Shown: positions 29,372-38,800 of the stretch, piece after piece
Layout: every line of letters starts with the position of its first letter
How positions within the stretch are numbered: position 1 is the first letter of the stretch
From: an uncultured delta proteobacterium
GTDB taxonomy: Bacteria > Myxococcota_A > Polyangia > Palsa-1104
Reading direction: 5' to 3'
NCBI GenBank assembly: GCA_963785725.1
Contig: CAWAWS010000026.1
Coordinates: 214,401-278,400, forward strand
DNA: 64,000 nt
Notes under the pieces: model-generated
Seen by the model: only the letters and a program-made list of their open reading frames with translations
The model's database searches: none
What the model was told of the DNA's origin: nothing
Program-made: the position numbers and the translations under genes

Positions 29372-30211
29372 ATGCGAACGCTTTCGTGGTTGCTGCTCTC
29401 GTGCCTTTCGCTGCCGGCGCAGGCGGGCGAGCCGGCGCCGCCGGCAAACGGCGCGGCGACGACGAGCGCAGCGCCGGCGCCGGTCGAGCTCTTCCTGCCC
29501 GGCAAGGCGGGCAAGCTGCAAGCGTGGCTGTGGCGGCCGACCGGCCCCGGCCCGTTCCCGGTCGTCGTCTACAACCACGGCAGCGAGCGCGATCCCATCG
29601 CCGGCACGCGCGCCGCTATCGGCCCCTTCTTCGTGCAGCACGGCTTCGCGGTGCTCTTTCCCACGCGGCGCGGCGCGGGCAAATCGGAGGGCACGTTCTG
29701 GCAAGACGCCGTCGACAAGCTGCCGAAGGACGAAAAAGAGCGCGCGACGATTGCGCAGCTCCTTCTCGGCAACGACGACATCGTCTCGGCCATCGAATGG
29801 ACGCGGACGCAGCCGTGGGCGCAGCGCGATCAGATCAACGTCGCCGGCTGCAGCTTCGGCGGGATCGAGACGCTGTTCACGGCCGAGCGCGCCATCCCCG
29901 GCCTGCACGCGGCGGTCGACTTCGCGGGCGCCTCGATGGCGTGGGCGAGCAGCCCGACGCTGCGCGAGCGGCTCGTCAAGGCCGCGCAGTCGGCCAGGGT
30001 GCCGGTCTTCTTCGCGCAGGCGCAGAACGACTTCAACACCGCGCCCAGCACCATCCTGTCGGCGGCGATGCGGACCAAGAAGATGCCCTACGGCGTGCAC
30101 ATCTATCCGCCCTTCGGCACGACGCCGATGCAAGGACACGCGGGATTCTGCTTGCGCGGCACCGACGTCTGGGGCGCCGACGTCCTCCAATTCCTACGCG
30201 ATCGTCATTGA
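29372..30211 (+). CDS. Exported dienelactone hydrolase-like alpha/beta hydrolase
   Basis: GPFPVVVYNHGS, GCSFGG, QAQND, GH. Confidence 0.85.
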   Translation: MRTLSWLLLSCLSLPAQAGEPAPPANGAATTSAAPAPVELFLPGKAGKLQAWLWRPTGPGPFPVVVYNHGSERDPIAGTRAAIGPFFVQHGFAVLFPTRRGAGKSEGTFWQDAVDKLPKDEKERATIAQLLLGNDDIVSAIEWTRTQPWAQRDQINVAGCSFGGIETLFTAERAIPGLHAAVDFAGASMAWASSPTLRERLVKAAQSARVPVFFAQAQNDFNTAPSTILSAAMRTKKMPYGVHIYPPFGTTPMQGHAGFCLRGTDVWGADVLQFLRDRH

Positions 30212-30454
30212 GCGCGCTTTAGCGCCGGCAGCGGTGCGCGTCGACGCTCCGGCCGCGCCGGCGACCAAGCGCGCCTCGTATTGCATGCCGCGAGCCTAGA
30301 GCAGGAGCATCCATCGCGTGTGCGAGCGCGCACTCCACTCGGCGATCGTGTCGCTGCGTGAGCAGACGGCCGAGCGCGTGCGCCCATTGGTGGTGACCGC
30401 CAACACCGCGATGGTTACGCAGCGACCTCGCGCCGACTTCGCGCGCGTCCGACG

Positions 30455-30853
30455 TCAGCCGCGAACGGCGGCGCGCAACAGCGTCTCCAGCTTCTTTATG
30501 TCGACGTCGGTGAGCCGCTTGACGTAGACGCAGCCTTTGCCGGTCGTCGTCTTGCCGAGCGCGGCGATGGCGTCACCCTGCTCGGCCACATTCAGCCCGT
30601 AAATCGTCAACGCTTGCGCGCGGGCGGCGAACCCGATGCGGCAGATTTCGCCCTCGCGTCCGCTGTCGTAGCGATAGCTGCGCACGCCGAAGCCGACGAT
30701 GCTCGGTCCCCACATGCGCGCCACTTCGCCGGAGACGCGCGTCATGATCGCGCGCAGCGTCTCGCAGTCCTGTCGCTTCGCCGCCGGCGTCACCTTCGCC
30801 AAGAACGCATCCACCGAGCGCGTCGTCTGCTGCGTCTTGTTCGCCGTCGCCAT
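30455..30853 (-). CDS. DUF1801 domain protein
   Basis: MWGPSIVGFG..Y.Y.SGREG, GKGCVYVKRL. Confidence 0.9.
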   Translation of the reverse strand: MATANKTQQTTRSVDAFLAKVTPAAKRQDCETLRAIMTRVSGEVARMWGPSIVGFGVRSYRYDSGREGEICRIGFAARAQALTIYGLNVAEQGDAIAALGKTTTGKGCVYVKRLTDVDIKKLETLLRAAVRG

Positions 30854-30883
30854 GTGGCTGCGATTGTAGCCGACCCGTGCCGC

Positions 30884-31504
30884 TCAGTAGCAAGAGGAGC
30901 CTCTATACGTCGTGTGGCAGACCAGCGGCGGACCGGTCCGTCCCGGCACCGGCGCGTGCGTCCCGTAGCGCTCGCCGACGATCGTCATGACGACGAAGAA
31001 GGTCGTCAGCAGCGCCAACCCAGCGCCGATGACGCGCACGGCGCGGTCGGCTTCGCTGTGCTCGAGCGCGCGTGGCTCGTCGTGCGGCGCGTAGGGTCGA
31101 CCCTGCTTTTGGTGGCGCGCGGCCGCTTTGGCGGCGCGATGCGCCTCTTGTCGCAGCGCGCGTCGCGTCGCCGCTGCGTTGGCGCGCGCTTCGATCGCGG
31201 CCGCGGTCGCCGCCTCTGCCGTCGCGCGCGCGTGCTCCGCCGCTTGCGCCGCCGTTTCGCGATACGCGGCCGCTTCGGCGTCGGCCTGCGCGGCGGCCAC
31301 GAGCGCCGCCGCGCGATCGTGCTGCAGCGACGTCACGCACAGCTCGCCCGTCAGCGCGCCGTCCGGCGCGAGCAGCGACCGCTCGCGCAGCGCGATGCCC
31401 TCGTCCTCGAGCAGCTCGCGCACGAACGTCAGCTCGACGCCGACGTACTGGCCGAGCCGCGTCCACTCCGGCACATCACCCTGCTCGTCCTGTCGCGGAA
31501 ACAT
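30884..31504 (-). CDS. Hypothetical protein with Ala-rich coiled coil and one TM helix
   Basis: AGGAGG RBS before ATG 31504. Confidence 0.65.
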   Translation of the reverse strand: MFPRQDEQGDVPEWTRLGQYVGVELTFVRELLEDEGIALRERSLLAPDGALTGELCVTSLQHDRAAALVAAAQADAEAAAYRETAAQAAEHARATAEAATAAAIEARANAAATRRALRQEAHRAAKAAARHQKQGRPYAPHDEPRALEHSEADRAVRVIGAGLALLTTFFVVMTIVGERYGTHAPVPGRTGPPLVCHTTYRGSSCY

Positions 31505-31777
31505 GGCCGCCTCCTGCACGCGATGGCGTAGCGACCTGCATACGATAGAACGACGCGCCGGGCTCATCCATGCCCGGTCCGCGTGACGCCGATCATGCAG
31601 CCGATTCCCGACGGAGATCGCCTGCTTCCGATGCGCTCGCGGACGCACCCACAGTCGGTTCACCTAGTGCAACACGCCGTCCGCTCGCCGCTGCCTTCGA
31701 CGACCGAATCCGCGCGCACGCCCAACGATCCGATTGGGCGATTGGGCGATCGCGCGCCGGCGTCCGCGTCGATCATG

Positions 31778-32287
31778 TCATTGCGCGCGCCAATCGCGGT
31801 GGGCCAGGTGCGCCGGTTGCGGCGGCGACTGCCGCTCGTGCTCGGCCATGCGCTCGGCCAGCCATTGGAACCATTCCCAGACGGTGGCGCGATCCATCGT
31901 CACGCGATCTTCGGCGACGAAGCGCTGCAGCTTGCGCCACGAGATCAAGATCGCGCCGCTGAAGAAGTCGTCCATGAGATCGATCGTCATTTCGCGGCGA
32001 AAGACGAGCACGCCGAGGCTCTCCCACGTGAGGCCAATCTGAAAGACCTCGTCTTCGCCGTCGGGGCCGAGCAGCTCGCGGATCTGCTGCGCCGTGGCGC
32101 CGTCGGGCAGCGAGTTGATGCGACGCAGGCCGCGCGTGAAGGACGCGCTCTGGAACGAACGCACCAGCTCGAGCATGGCGTCGCGGCGGCGTTGGCGGCG
32201 ATAGTCGCGGATTTGCGCGGCGGCGAACAGGACGCCCGCGGTCACGGCGACGGCGTTGACGAGGTTGGCGAAGCTGGCGAAGTCCAT
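31778..32287 (-). CDS. DUF4760-like membrane-anchored protein
   Basis: N-terminal TM; WESLGVLV; WEWFQWLAERM. Confidence 0.75.
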   Translation of the reverse strand: MDFASFANLVNAVAVTAGVLFAAAQIRDYRRQRRRDAMLELVRSFQSASFTRGLRRINSLPDGATAQQIRELLGPDGEDEVFQIGLTWESLGVLVFRREMTIDLMDDFFSGAILISWRKLQRFVAEDRVTMDRATVWEWFQWLAERMAEHERQSPPQPAHLAHRDWRAQ

Positions 32288-32380
32288 GCGTCCGATGGGA
32301 ACCCGGCGCGCGACCGCCCGCAAGCGCGACGAGCAATGATGATGATCGTCATCGAAGTCCATTGGCTTAACATCGTCGCC

Positions 32381-33274
32381 GTGACAGTCATCTTTTGCTG
32401 CGATCCGATCACGCCGTCGCGCGTCGATGAAGCGTTCGAGCGCGAGGCAACGGCCGCGCGCTCGGTCGGGCTCGCCTATGCGCTCATCGATTACGAGCGG
32501 CTCGTCGCCGGTGACGCCGACGATGCCGTGCGTCGCGTCGCCGCGTCGGCTGACGGCGTCGCCGTCTATCGCGGCTGGATGTTGACCGTCGTGCAATACG
32601 CGGCGCTGTTCGCGGCGTTGCGTCAGCGTGGCGTGCAGCTCGTGAACGATCCGGCGCAATATCAGTACGCGCACTGGTTTCCCGAGAGCTATCCCGCGCT
32701 CGCCGCGGTGACGCCGCAGTCGATCTGCATTCCGTCGGACGAGCTCGACTGGACGCGCTTGCCCGAGCGCTTGTCGCCGTTCGGCGCGCAGCCGCTGGTC
32801 GTCAAAGACTGGGTCAAGTCGCGCAAGCACGAATGGGACGAGGCCTGCTTCATTCCGTCGGCGCGCGATGGCGCGGCGGTCGAGCGCGTGGCGCGGCGGT
32901 TCGTCGCGCTGCAGGGCGCGGATTTGGTGGGCGGTCTCGTGTTTCGCGCCTTCGAGTCGTTCGCGCCGCTCGGCCGGCACGCCCAGAGCGGGATGCCGGT
33001 CACCAAAGAGCTGCGCCTCTTCTTCCTCGACGGTGCGCTGCTGTTTTCGGCGCACTATTGGGACGATCAGGATTATGGCGCGCTCGCCGCGCCCCCGGCG
33101 TTCGCGGCGCTGGCGCGGCAGCTGCGCAGCCGCTTCTTCACGCTCGATGTCGCGCTGCGCGCGGACGGCGTGTGGCGCGTCGTCGAGATGGGCGACGGCC
33201 AAGTGTCGGGGCTGCCGGAGAACGCCGCGGCGGAGGCGTTTTACGGCGCGCTCGCCTGCCATTTCGCGGCGTGA
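32381..33274 (+). CDS. ATP-grasp domain protein (DUF4343 / R2K clade)
   Basis: YRGWML, VKDWVKSRKHEW, ELRLF, FFTLDVA, VVEMGDGQVSG. Confidence 0.88.
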   Translation: MTVIFCCDPITPSRVDEAFEREATAARSVGLAYALIDYERLVAGDADDAVRRVAASADGVAVYRGWMLTVVQYAALFAALRQRGVQLVNDPAQYQYAHWFPESYPALAAVTPQSICIPSDELDWTRLPERLSPFGAQPLVVKDWVKSRKHEWDEACFIPSARDGAAVERVARRFVALQGADLVGGLVFRAFESFAPLGRHAQSGMPVTKELRLFFLDGALLFSAHYWDDQDYGALAAPPAFAALARQLRSRFFTLDVALRADGVWRVVEMGDGQVSGLPENAAAEAFYGALACHFAA

Positions 33275-33496
33275 CCGCGGCCGATCGGCACCGCGAGCCC
33301 ACGACGGCGAGGGCGTGGTGACGCTGAGGCTCCTGCCGGCAAGACGCTGACGATGGATTATCACGACCAGTCGCAGGTGACGACCGGCGAGCGGCAATAC
33401 GCGTGCACGCGCTGACGCCCCTGTCAGCGCGCGTCGTCAGCCGCCGATAGCGCCCTCAAGAACGACGGGAAGCGGCCGAACCAGCCAGCACCACCG

Positions 33497-34141
33497 ATGC
33501 GCGCCTGGCTGCAAATGACGATGGCTCTAGGGTTTGTGCTCGGCTCGGCGCTCGCGCATGCAAACCCGCGGGCGCCGCAGCTGTGGCTGTACAACGTACA
33601 CACGCATCAGGAGCTGCAGAGCAACCCGTACGCCTACAACGGCGTGCTCGATTGGAACGCCTGGGCTGAGCTGAACCGCTTTTTTCGCAGCTGGCGCACG
33701 CACGAAGCGCATCCGATGGCGCCACGGCTGCTCGAGCTGCTGGTGAAGATTCAAGCGACGTATGGCGGTCGGCGCGTCGAGATCGTGAGCGGCTTTCGCA
33801 GCCCGGGCGAGCGCGACAGCTTGTCGCAGTCCAACCACTTCGAAGGCGACGCCGTCGACATTCGCATCCCCGGCGTCAGCAATCGCGAGCTGTTCGAGCT
33901 CTGCCGCCGCCTGCCCGACGTCGGCTGCGGGCTGTATCCGAACGGCGCCCACGTCCACGTCGACGTCCGTTCACGCTCGGCCATCTGGGTCGACTTGAGC
34001 GGCTACGGCGACGGCGCGCGCTATGTCGCCGATCCCGAGGCGTGGCTGCGCGGCCATCCCGACGCCGCGAGCGCGGTCGTGCGGACCATGGCGACGACGT
34101 CCGCGTCGTCGCGCCACGCGCGCCGGCCGCGCCGTCGCTGA
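33497..34141 (+). CDS. YcbK/DUF882 (peptidase M15A) family protein
   Basis: IVSGFRS, SNHFEGDAVDI, HVHVDVR zinc motifs. Confidence 0.9.
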   Translation: MRAWLQMTMALGFVLGSALAHANPRAPQLWLYNVHTHQELQSNPYAYNGVLDWNAWAELNRFFRSWRTHEAHPMAPRLLELLVKIQATYGGRRVEIVSGFRSPGERDSLSQSNHFEGDAVDIRIPGVSNRELFELCRRLPDVGCGLYPNGAHVHVDVRSRSAIWVDLSGYGDGARYVADPEAWLRGHPDAASAVVRTMATTSASSRHARRPRRR

Positions 34142-34419
34142 CGCGTCCAGTCGAACGCCTTCGTTCAATGATGATGGCCGTCATCGTCGCTTCGTGGAAG
34201 GCCGCGAGCCCGCCGTGAGGCCGTGAAATGCGTAGGAGTTTGGCGGGCGAGGACGGGCGGCCGTGACGTGGCGCACCGGCCGTCGCTTTGCCGGACAGGC
34301 GTACCGATTCGTGACAGTCGGGCGCGCCGCCGCGAGCGCCAAGTCGGCGGCGTGACGCGCGCTGACGTCGGCATCGTCTCTGCACTGCTCGGCGTCAAAC
34401 GAACCGAAAGGATCCGCCG

Positions 34420-34971
34420 ATGCGCGCTCTCCTCATGCCGTTGCTGGCCGCTTTCGTGCTCTCCGGTTGCGCCACCACGATCAACGTCGCCGAGTCGGAC
34501 CCGCGGCCCAACACGCCGTTTACGACGGTCGCGCCACAGTCGCTCGCGCTCATCCTCGACCCGAGCATCCTCGACGCGCAGACGGTGCAGGGCGATCGGG
34601 CCTACGACACGACGCTGACGGCCTGGCGGCGCACGCTCATCAATGGCTACCGCAACGGCCTCGGCGTCTACTTCAGCCCGGTTCAGCCGGGACAGCCGGC
34701 CGACCTGGCGCTCGACATCGTGAAGGCCGATGTCGCCTGGACGCCGCGCGGCTCGCGACTGACGGTGCAGATCACGTACAAGGCGCAGCTCATCGATCGC
34801 AATGGCAAGACGGTGGCGGTGGCGGCGAACACGGTCACGGCCAAGCACGCGCTGACGAGCGACGACGGCGCCGAGGCGGACTGCGTGAATTCCGCTGTCG
34901 AGAGCCTGTACGAGGACCTCGCCAACACGCTCGTGCGCCCGGCCGTGCCCGCGAACGGCACGCAAGGCTGA
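34420..34971 (+). CDS. Hypothetical lipoprotein
   Basis: Lipobox LSGC; coding-like GC3 bias. Confidence 0.75.
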   Translation: MRALLMPLLAAFVLSGCATTINVAESDPRPNTPFTTVAPQSLALILDPSILDAQTVQGDRAYDTTLTAWRRTLINGYRNGLGVYFSPVQPGQPADLALDIVKADVAWTPRGSRLTVQITYKAQLIDRNGKTVAVAANTVTAKHALTSDDGAEADCVNSAVESLYEDLANTLVRPAVPANGTQG

Positions 34972-35010
34972 TCCCCCAATACTGAAGTGACTGCTTCAGC
35001 GTTGCCGCGC

Positions 35011-38000
35011 TCAGTCGGCCGCTGATGACAGGGCGCGCTTGTCGTCGAGCTCGACGCGCGTGCGCGACTGCAGCCAGGCGCGCAGCTGCCTGGGGTCGTG
35101 CGAGGCCGGCGCCGCCGGCTCGACGCGCCACTCGCGCACCATGCCGTCGGCGTCGCTGGCGATGATGCGCTGGCCGTCGGGCGTGAACTGGATGGCGACG
35201 AGCGCGCCGTCGAGCGGCTCGACCTGCAGGAGCGCGCGCGTCGCGCCGTCCCACAGCCGCAGCGTGCGGTCGACGCCGCCGCCGGCCACGCGCGTGCCGT
35301 CGTCGGAGAAGCCGAAGCCGTGGATCATCGTCGGCGGCGTCGTGAACGGCTCCAGCCGCTCGTGCTCGAAGTCGAAGAAGTGCAGACCGTCGGTCAGATC
35401 CATCAGCGCCAAGCGCCCGCCGTCACGATCGTGCGCGACGATGATCGCCTGCTTCGCCAGCTGCCCGACCACTTTGGACACGCCCGTCGCCGCATCCCAG
35501 ACGCGCAGCGTGCCGTCGTATTCGATGGTCGCGACTCGCTTTTTGTCGACGGAGATGCCGTGTTGCCGCACGAGCGCCGTGGCGCCCGTCCACGTCGCCA
35601 CCTGCTTACCCTGGAAGTCGAGCAGGCGCAGCGCGAAGCTCTTGTCGTCCTGGGTGACGATCTTCGTGCAGTCGGGCGTAAAGAACGCGTAGATCGAGCT
35701 CGTGTGCTCGGCGAGGACGCGCAGGCTGGCGTCGCCGCGGTCATACAGTCGCAGCTTGTGATCGCCGCCGACGATGAGTACCTCTCGATCGTCGCAGGAG
35801 AACGCCTTGGCCCACAAGCGCACGCCCGGCTCGGCGATGTCGCGTTTGGAGCCGTCGCGCAAGTCGACGAGGCCGACGATGTTGTCCTGCCCGTTGGTGG
35901 CGATGAGGTTGCGATCGTGCGAGACGACGGTCATCATGCTGCCGCCGACGTGGTGCGCGAGCGTCTTGACGCTGCCGTCGGTGGGATCGAGCAGCGTGAC
36001 GGCGCCGTGCGTGGAATCGGTGACGACGACGCGGTGCTCGTCGAGGACCCGCAGGCCGCTCAGCGTGCCGGGCGACGGCGACCAGGCGCCGATGGGCGGC
36101 GTCGGCAGCGTCCACAAGCGCAAGCTGCAGTCGGTGGCGCTGGAGACGAGCGACTGACTGTCGGGGCTGAAGGCGAGCGTCGCCATGGCGCCGCGATGGC
36201 CGCGCAAGCGGATGCTGTTGCCGAGCGTCAAGTCCCACAAGCGGATGACGCCGCCCGTCGTGCCGGCGGCGACGCGGCGACCATCGGGCGAGACGGCGAC
36301 GGCGGCGATGCCGCGCTCGTCGCCGACCAGCTCGCGGACGGTGCCGCGCTGCCAGTCCCAGATGCGCAGCGTGCGATCGTTGCCGCCGAGCGCGATCTGC
36401 TTGCCGTCGGGTAAGAAGCGCGCGTCCTGGATGTCGGCGACGTTGCCGGGCGGGCGCACGATCGTCTGGCCGTCGCGCGTGCGGACTTCGACGTGCGCGC
36501 CGAAGACGACGACGTGGCCTTCGTCGGGCGAGACGGCGGCGCCGTTGGCGTGCCAGCCGACCGACCACGAGAGGCAATGATGATCGGCGACATTGCAGAC
36601 GTCGGCATTGCCCTTTTGGTCGACCGCCAAGAGCTGCTTGCCGCCGTCGAGATACTGCAAGGTCGGCGTCTCGTTGGCGCGCGCGACCAGCTGCTGCGAC
36701 TGACCGTCGAACGTCACGGTGCGCACGCCCTTGCCGCGCTCGGCGATGGCGAAGCCCGAGCCGTCGGCGGCGACCGCGACCGGCGCCGACAGCTCGCCCG
36801 TCGGCACGGCGTGGTGCGTGCCGCTGTCGAGATCCCACCATTCGACGGCCTGCTTCTCGATGAGATAGCTGAGCGCGAACAGCTTCTTGCCGTCGGGTGA
36901 CCAGCGCGTTCCCCAGGCGTGCACGTGATCGAGCGCGAAGCTGCGCACGAGCTTGCCCGTCGCCGTGTCGCGGACCTCGACGCGGTTGGCGGCGCCTTCG
37001 AGCGGCACCGCCAGCTGGCGGCCGTCGGGCGAGAAGCTCGGGAACGGCACTTCGTCGGGCGACTGAAAGACATAGCGCGCCGCGCCGTCGCTCGTGGCTT
37101 TGAGCGCCACGTCGCGCACCTCTTCCCAGCTCGGGCCGTCGAGCGGATATTGCTTGAGCCAGGCCAGCGTCGCCGTCGGGTCGCGATCGAGCGTGGCGCG
37201 CGCGCCGGCGATGATCATTTCGTTGCTGCGCGCCTGCGAGATGTCGCGCTCGCGCAAGACGCGTCGCACCGAGAGGAAGCCGACCGCGCCCAGCGCCAGC
37301 GCGAACGCGGCCGACAGCGTCACCGGCAGCCGATGGCGCGCCATCCAGCGGCCGAACAGCTCGCCGAAGGAATAGTGGCGCACGCCGACGAGCTGACCCG
37401 ACTGATACCGCTTGAGATCGTGCGCCAGCGCGCCGGCGTCGGCGTAACGATCGGCCGGCGCGCGCGCCATCGCCTTGGCGACGATGGCCAGAAGATCGGG
37501 CGGCACGCCCGGCTGCACGCGATCGAGCGGCGGCGCCGCGCCCGCGCGCACGGCGGCCAAGACGTCGCTCACCTGCGCGCCCGAGTACGGCAGACGGCCG
37601 GCCAAGAGCGTGTACAGCATGGCGCCCAAGGCGTAGACGTCGGCGCGCTCGTCGACGGGCACGCACATCGCCTGCTCGGGCGCCATGAACGACGGCGTGC
37701 CGAGCACCGCGCCCAGCGCCGTCTGATCCGAGCGGGCGTTCGGCGCGTCGGCGGAGCCCGGCGACGCGTCCTCGGCTTCGTCGGGCGCGCCGTCGGCGAG
37801 CGCCTTGCCGAGGCCCCAATCGACGACCATGGTCTCGCCGAACTCACCGACGAGGATGTTGCTCGGCTTCAGATCGCGATGAATGACCCGCTTCGAGTGC
37901 GCGTAGGCGATGGCTTCGGCGACGGCGATGACGTGCGGCAACAGCGCCATGCGCCGCTCGAGCGTGCCCGCCTCCGCGATCAGCTGCGACAAGGGCCGGC

Positions 38001-38454
38001 CCGAGATGAACTTCATGGCGTAGAACGGCTGTCCGTTCGGCCACGTCCCCGCTTCGTACACGGGCACGATCGACGGATGCTGCAAGCGCGCCGTCAGCGT
38101 CGCCTCGCGCGCGAAGCGCCGCGCCGCCGCCGGGCTCTCGCTGATGAGCTCCTTGAGCGCGACCGGCCGGCCGAGTCGCAGATCCTCGGCCCACAAGATG
38201 CGCCCGATGCCACCGCGCGCGTGCTCGCCGTGCACGCGATAGGCGGTCGTGCCCATGATCGGCAGCGGCGCCGCCGCCGACAGACCGGGCGCGATCGTCC
38301 AATTACCGAGCGGCGTCGCCAGCGACTGCGTGGCGTGCGAGCGTTCGGCGCAGCTCGAGCAGCTCGAGATGTGATCGCGCAGCTCGAGCTGCTCGGACCC
38401 GCTCAGCCGCCCCAGTTGATGCGCCACCAACACTTCCTGATCGGGACATTCCAC
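35011..38454 (-). CDS. Ser/Thr protein kinase with N-terminal zinc anti-sigma finger, one TM helix and WD40 repeats
   Basis: HISSCSSC; ARGGIG, VALKE, HRDLKPSN, DWG, MAPE; many FSPDG...LRLWD repeats; start GTG 38454 or ATG 38463. Confidence 0.94.
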   Translation of the reverse strand: MECPDQEVLVAHQLGRLSGSEQLELRDHISSCSSCAERSHATQSLATPLGNWTIAPGLSAAAPLPIMGTTAYRVHGEHARGGIGRILWAEDLRLGRPVALKELISESPAAARRFAREATLTARLQHPSIVPVYEAGTWPNGQPFYAMKFISGRPLSQLIAEAGTLERRMALLPHVIAVAEAIAYAHSKRVIHRDLKPSNILVGEFGETMVVDWGLGKALADGAPDEAEDASPGSADAPNARSDQTALGAVLGTPSFMAPEQAMCVPVDERADVYALGAMLYTLLAGRLPYSGAQVSDVLAAVRAGAAPPLDRVQPGVPPDLLAIVAKAMARAPADRYADAGALAHDLKRYQSGQLVGVRHYSFGELFGRWMARHRLPVTLSAAFALALGAVGFLSVRRVLRERDISQARSNEMIIAGARATLDRDPTATLAWLKQYPLDGPSWEEVRDVALKATSDGAARYVFQSPDEVPFPSFSPDGRQLAVPLEGAANRVEVRDTATGKLVRSFALDHVHAWGTRWSPDGKKLFALSYLIEKQAVEWWDLDSGTHHAVPTGELSAPVAVAADGSGFAIAERGKGVRTVTFDGQSQQLVARANETPTLQYLDGGKQLLAVDQKGNADVCNVADHHCLSWSVGWHANGAAVSPDEGHVVVFGAHVEVRTRDGQTIVRPPGNVADIQDARFLPDGKQIALGGNDRTLRIWDWQRGTVRELVGDERGIAAVAVSPDGRRVAAGTTGGVIRLWDLTLGNSIRLRGHRGAMATLAFSPDSQSLVSSATDCSLRLWTLPTPPIGAWSPSPGTLSGLRVLDEHRVVVTDSTHGAVTLLDPTDGSVKTLAHHVGGSMMTVVSHDRNLIATNGQDNIVGLVDLRDGSKRDIAEPGVRLWAKAFSCDDREVLIVGGDHKLRLYDRGDASLRVLAEHTSSIYAFFTPDCTKIVTQDDKSFALRLLDFQGKQVATWTGATALVRQHGISVDKKRVATIEYDGTLRVWDAATGVSKVVGQLAKQAIIVAHDRDGGRLALMDLTDGLHFFDFEHERLEPFTTPPTMIHGFGFSDDGTRVAGGGVDRTLRLWDGATRALLQVEPLDGALVAIQFTPDGQRIIASDADGMVREWRVEPAAPASHDPRQLRAWLQSRTRVELDDKRALSSAAD

Positions 38455-38800
38455 GGCGCACATTACTCCAGAGCTTGCGGGTCATTCGTGCCGAAGCCTT
38501 CGCCGCTGCTGCCTATTTCCGCGCATACGCAACCAGCGGCGACCACGGGCGCGGGCCCGGGATGATCCGTTCAACGTATTGACGAGGTGTCGCTTCATTT
38601 GTCGCATGACGATTCGCACAGCCGGCCGATCGGAAACGTGGCGTGGACAGTCGAGGCGCTGTCTCATCGCAGATACACACGACATGCGTTTCTGATTTCG
38701 GCGACTTAGGCGGTGCGTCCGCTGGATCCGTTCTCGCAGAGCTGCCCTGACGCGAATCGTCAATCGACCGGCGACGTCGCGCTCACCCAAGGGGGCAACA

